Source: Paraphysomonas bandaiensis (lineage: Eukaryota > Protista > Chrysophyceae). From it: a DNA stretch of 64,000 bases. Shown piece by piece: positions 61,491 to 64,000 of the stretch. The stretch spans positions 62,001-126,000 of the forward strand of contig CBFFRP010000457.1 in assembly GCA_965644295.1 (NCBI GenBank), written 5' to 3'. How positions within the stretch are numbered: position 1 is the first letter of the stretch; every line of letters begins with the position of its first letter. Below the pieces are notes generated by a model, which did no database searches, was not told the origin of the DNA, and was given only the letters and a program-made list of their open reading frames with translations. The translations under genes were made by a program, and so were the position numbers.

Positions 61491-62814
61491 CCAGTAGAAT
61501 AACCTGCAATAGAAAATAGAAACGATAGTATTGCCTAGAGAAATGGACCCTGCTGCATTCCAGTTAAAAGGTGTTGGAATTATTAACCATTAGTCGAAGA
61601 ATACAGTAGTGATGAGCTGTATTATACATTATGAGAAGTGATATCATGACGATGTCTATGAGAAGTGATATCCAATTGTGTCATAACTTGACAGGAAGAA
61701 TGTTTACACTATCCAGAATACTCAACAACTTGGCGCAATCAAAGCAGCTGATTATGTCCTTATACATACAGAACAAGCGCATGCATAAAAGATATTTTAA
61801 CCCTGGAAAAAAAATCTGATTTTTCATGGTGGAATGAGTGTGTGACTGTCCGGCCACGAACTATATATCTGTTACCCTTGACCACCGAAGGTTGCTCTTT
61901 CATTCAGAACTTCCACGACATTAGAGGAATAATTGAGTACAACAGGAAAACATCATCTCCACATACATGTGGAAGTGACATAGGTAGACTTGGGTTTTGT
62001 TGACATCAAGTGTTACTGTACCTGTATATGATATATGACAGTCACATCTGCTGCCAGCTAGCTCAAGGAGAAGTACTGTTCAGTAGATTCAATTTCTCTA
62101 ACCACAAATTTTCTACAAGCAAAGTAAGTTCGAAACTGAAGTTAGGGGAGAATATCCTGAATTTTCATCAATATTGTTACTGTTAAGAGGTAGCTCACAG
62201 TAATTTATTGCAATCAATAATATATATACCATAGGTAATGAGTTTCATCATGACATTGATAAGAGCCTGCAACTATAGGTGCCCTCCACCACCATGCCGA
62301 TGAGGCCATATCCTATCTTTAATCTGCGAATTGAATACATCGCATGCTGCAAACATCTTACCATAATAGTCGGATATATATACATATAAGCATTGGACAA
62401 GGCGGCATCTTTCTTACCATCCTTCGTACTATAAGAATGAACTATGAGTTTTTTGAGTTTTTTACACTGTTGATTCCACAGCCATTTCACTGTTCTCGGA
62501 TATTGACACCTTCAAAATATTGTGAAAATTTGAAGGTGCACCCTTATAAGGCCTTATTTCCAACCTATCTGGTGACTTAGTGCTTGTAAACAATCACCGA
62601 GGAGAACACGCACTTGGCGAATAGGCGACCGACTGGATATAATTAAAGTTACTTGTAGGTGAGTGACAAAGAAAGCAACGTGTCTTTTCCATAGGTTATA
62701 TGTTTGACCGATGTCAATAACATTACGTGCTGTCAATACCTAACCTAAATATGCTTCACTAACATTGCTTTATATGTCAATGACATTTATAATAATATAT
62801 GTCAGCAATTCAAA

Positions 62815-63957
62815 TCAATCTGTGACTATAACATAACATTCGGAGCAGTAACAACGTTTGTGCTCCTTGCATTCAATTGCATTTGTACCTATGAAATTAA
62901 AATTGTTCGTCCAACATTCCTCGCAGTAACCTGTTTTATGCTGGTGACAAGGTTCCGAGGAAAATGTCAGTGGGCATTCGGTGCATAAAAATTTCCTGTG
63001 TTCACCACAGGCCGCACTACGCAAAATAGCCTTGGTGATAATTGCATCAAAAGCTTCAAAACCAAATTTATTCTTAATGTAGGCATTGATAGTTTGCTTG
63101 TCAGATTCACAACTAGTTTCTCCATTGGCCGTGTTTACAGGACCCACCCAACACTTTTCTGGCCACCAGCCTTGCCATGGTTTCGGACAGGCCGGTGCAA
63201 GTTGAGCTTCTAACACTCCACGATGTATATTACTTCCATAACAAATTAGGTTTACACCATCTGATATGTCAATCTCAGCACCAGGAGTATCTCTATTATT
63301 TTGACATGCACTGAATAGTTCCAGTAAACAAAAGCTACGAGAGAGATATCTTCTGAGACTGCCATCCACTTTAATACTGCACACAACATGCTTGAAGCTT
63401 TTAATCAGCCTAACCATAGAATCAATATCAAAATCGCCAGAAATGCCTTGACGCAAGGAAAAATAATCGACCCACCAGTACTGTTCATTTCGGGCAGGAA
63501 GCTGGTCTTTATATTTTTCACGAACTTCCCGAATCCGAACCAATGTGCCTTTTACATGGTCGATAACAGGCTCACTATCAACATGTGACCAGAAAATTGA
63601 TGCAATACCAACATGCTCTCTCAAATGAACGAAGCGGTCTTCTGTAAGTATAATCTCCGCAATTGACAAATGGTTAAGTTCCTCTCGTTCAAGCCAATCT
63701 TGAACGAATGCAACTAAATCATATCCTGTCATATGGCGAAGACCTGGACTGGTTTCCATATAACTACATGTATCTATTTCAGGGTACGGGCTCTTAAGCC
63801 ATTTTAATCTGTCGCCTCGTGTATATGAAGTGACATATCGCCATCCCAATGACGCGCCGTATTCACATCTGTTGGCTGAGTTTGACTCCGTTGTAAGACA
63901 TGCAACATGGTTGGCTTTCTCCCATATGTGATCATGGGTTTTATCAACGTATGCCAT
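62815..63957 (-). CDS. HET/TIR-like domain protein with Cys/His-rich C-terminal repeats; may have upstream exons
   Basis: 380-aa ORF; IFWSH, YWWVDYFSLRQ, YLSRSFCLLE motifs; C-x2-H-x4-C-x2-C repeated three times; possible splice acceptor just upstream. Confidence 0.65.
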   Translation of the reverse strand: MAYVDKTHDHIWEKANHVACLTTESNSANRCEYGASLGWRYVTSYTRGDRLKWLKSPYPEIDTCSYMETSPGLRHMTGYDLVAFVQDWLEREELNHLSIAEIILTEDRFVHLREHVGIASIFWSHVDSEPVIDHVKGTLVRIREVREKYKDQLPARNEQYWWVDYFSLRQGISGDFDIDSMVRLIKSFKHVVCSIKVDGSLRRYLSRSFCLLELFSACQNNRDTPGAEIDISDGVNLICYGSNIHRGVLEAQLAPACPKPWQGWWPEKCWVGPVNTANGETSCESDKQTINAYIKNKFGFEAFDAIITKAILRSAACGEHRKFLCTECPLTFSSEPCHQHKTGYCEECWTNNFNFIGTNAIECKEHKRCYCSECYVIVTD

Positions 63958-64000
63958 TTCACCTACTGCAATGAGACCATGACATATGCTGCATCTATAC

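Noticed and set aside
61800-62760. Short minus-strand ORFs
   Set aside because: Fragmentary, no diagnostic motifs.

Overview
Eukaryotic, intron-containing, AT-rich genomic DNA, probably from a stramenopile protist/alga (inferred from gene content: hybrid histidine kinase, Crinkler-type NTPase-REase remnant, oomycete-like hAT/MULE transposases). Host genes: 3' part of a TAF1-like bromodomain gene preceded by a 161-bp satellite, hybrid histidine kinase, MOCS2A/MoaD, two membrane proteins, two U-box proteins, COG0523/CobW GTPase, PA-domain protein, TAP26/Fyv7-like protein, ankyrin-PARP, HET/TIR-like protein. Mobile DNA is dense: an intact-looking IS630/Tc1/mariner element with a DD109E transposase, an intact-looking MULE, a gag+protease-only LTR element nested in a decayed MULE, hAT and Harbinger-like MITEs, and a long foldback palindrome. 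The most striking pattern is a Mutator-like family whose three visible termini each abut a 0.6-1.2 kb (TATG)n array, with a one-base repeat phase shift compatible with a 9-bp target duplication, suggesting a (TATG)n-targeting transposon. All calls were made by eye; no database searches were run.
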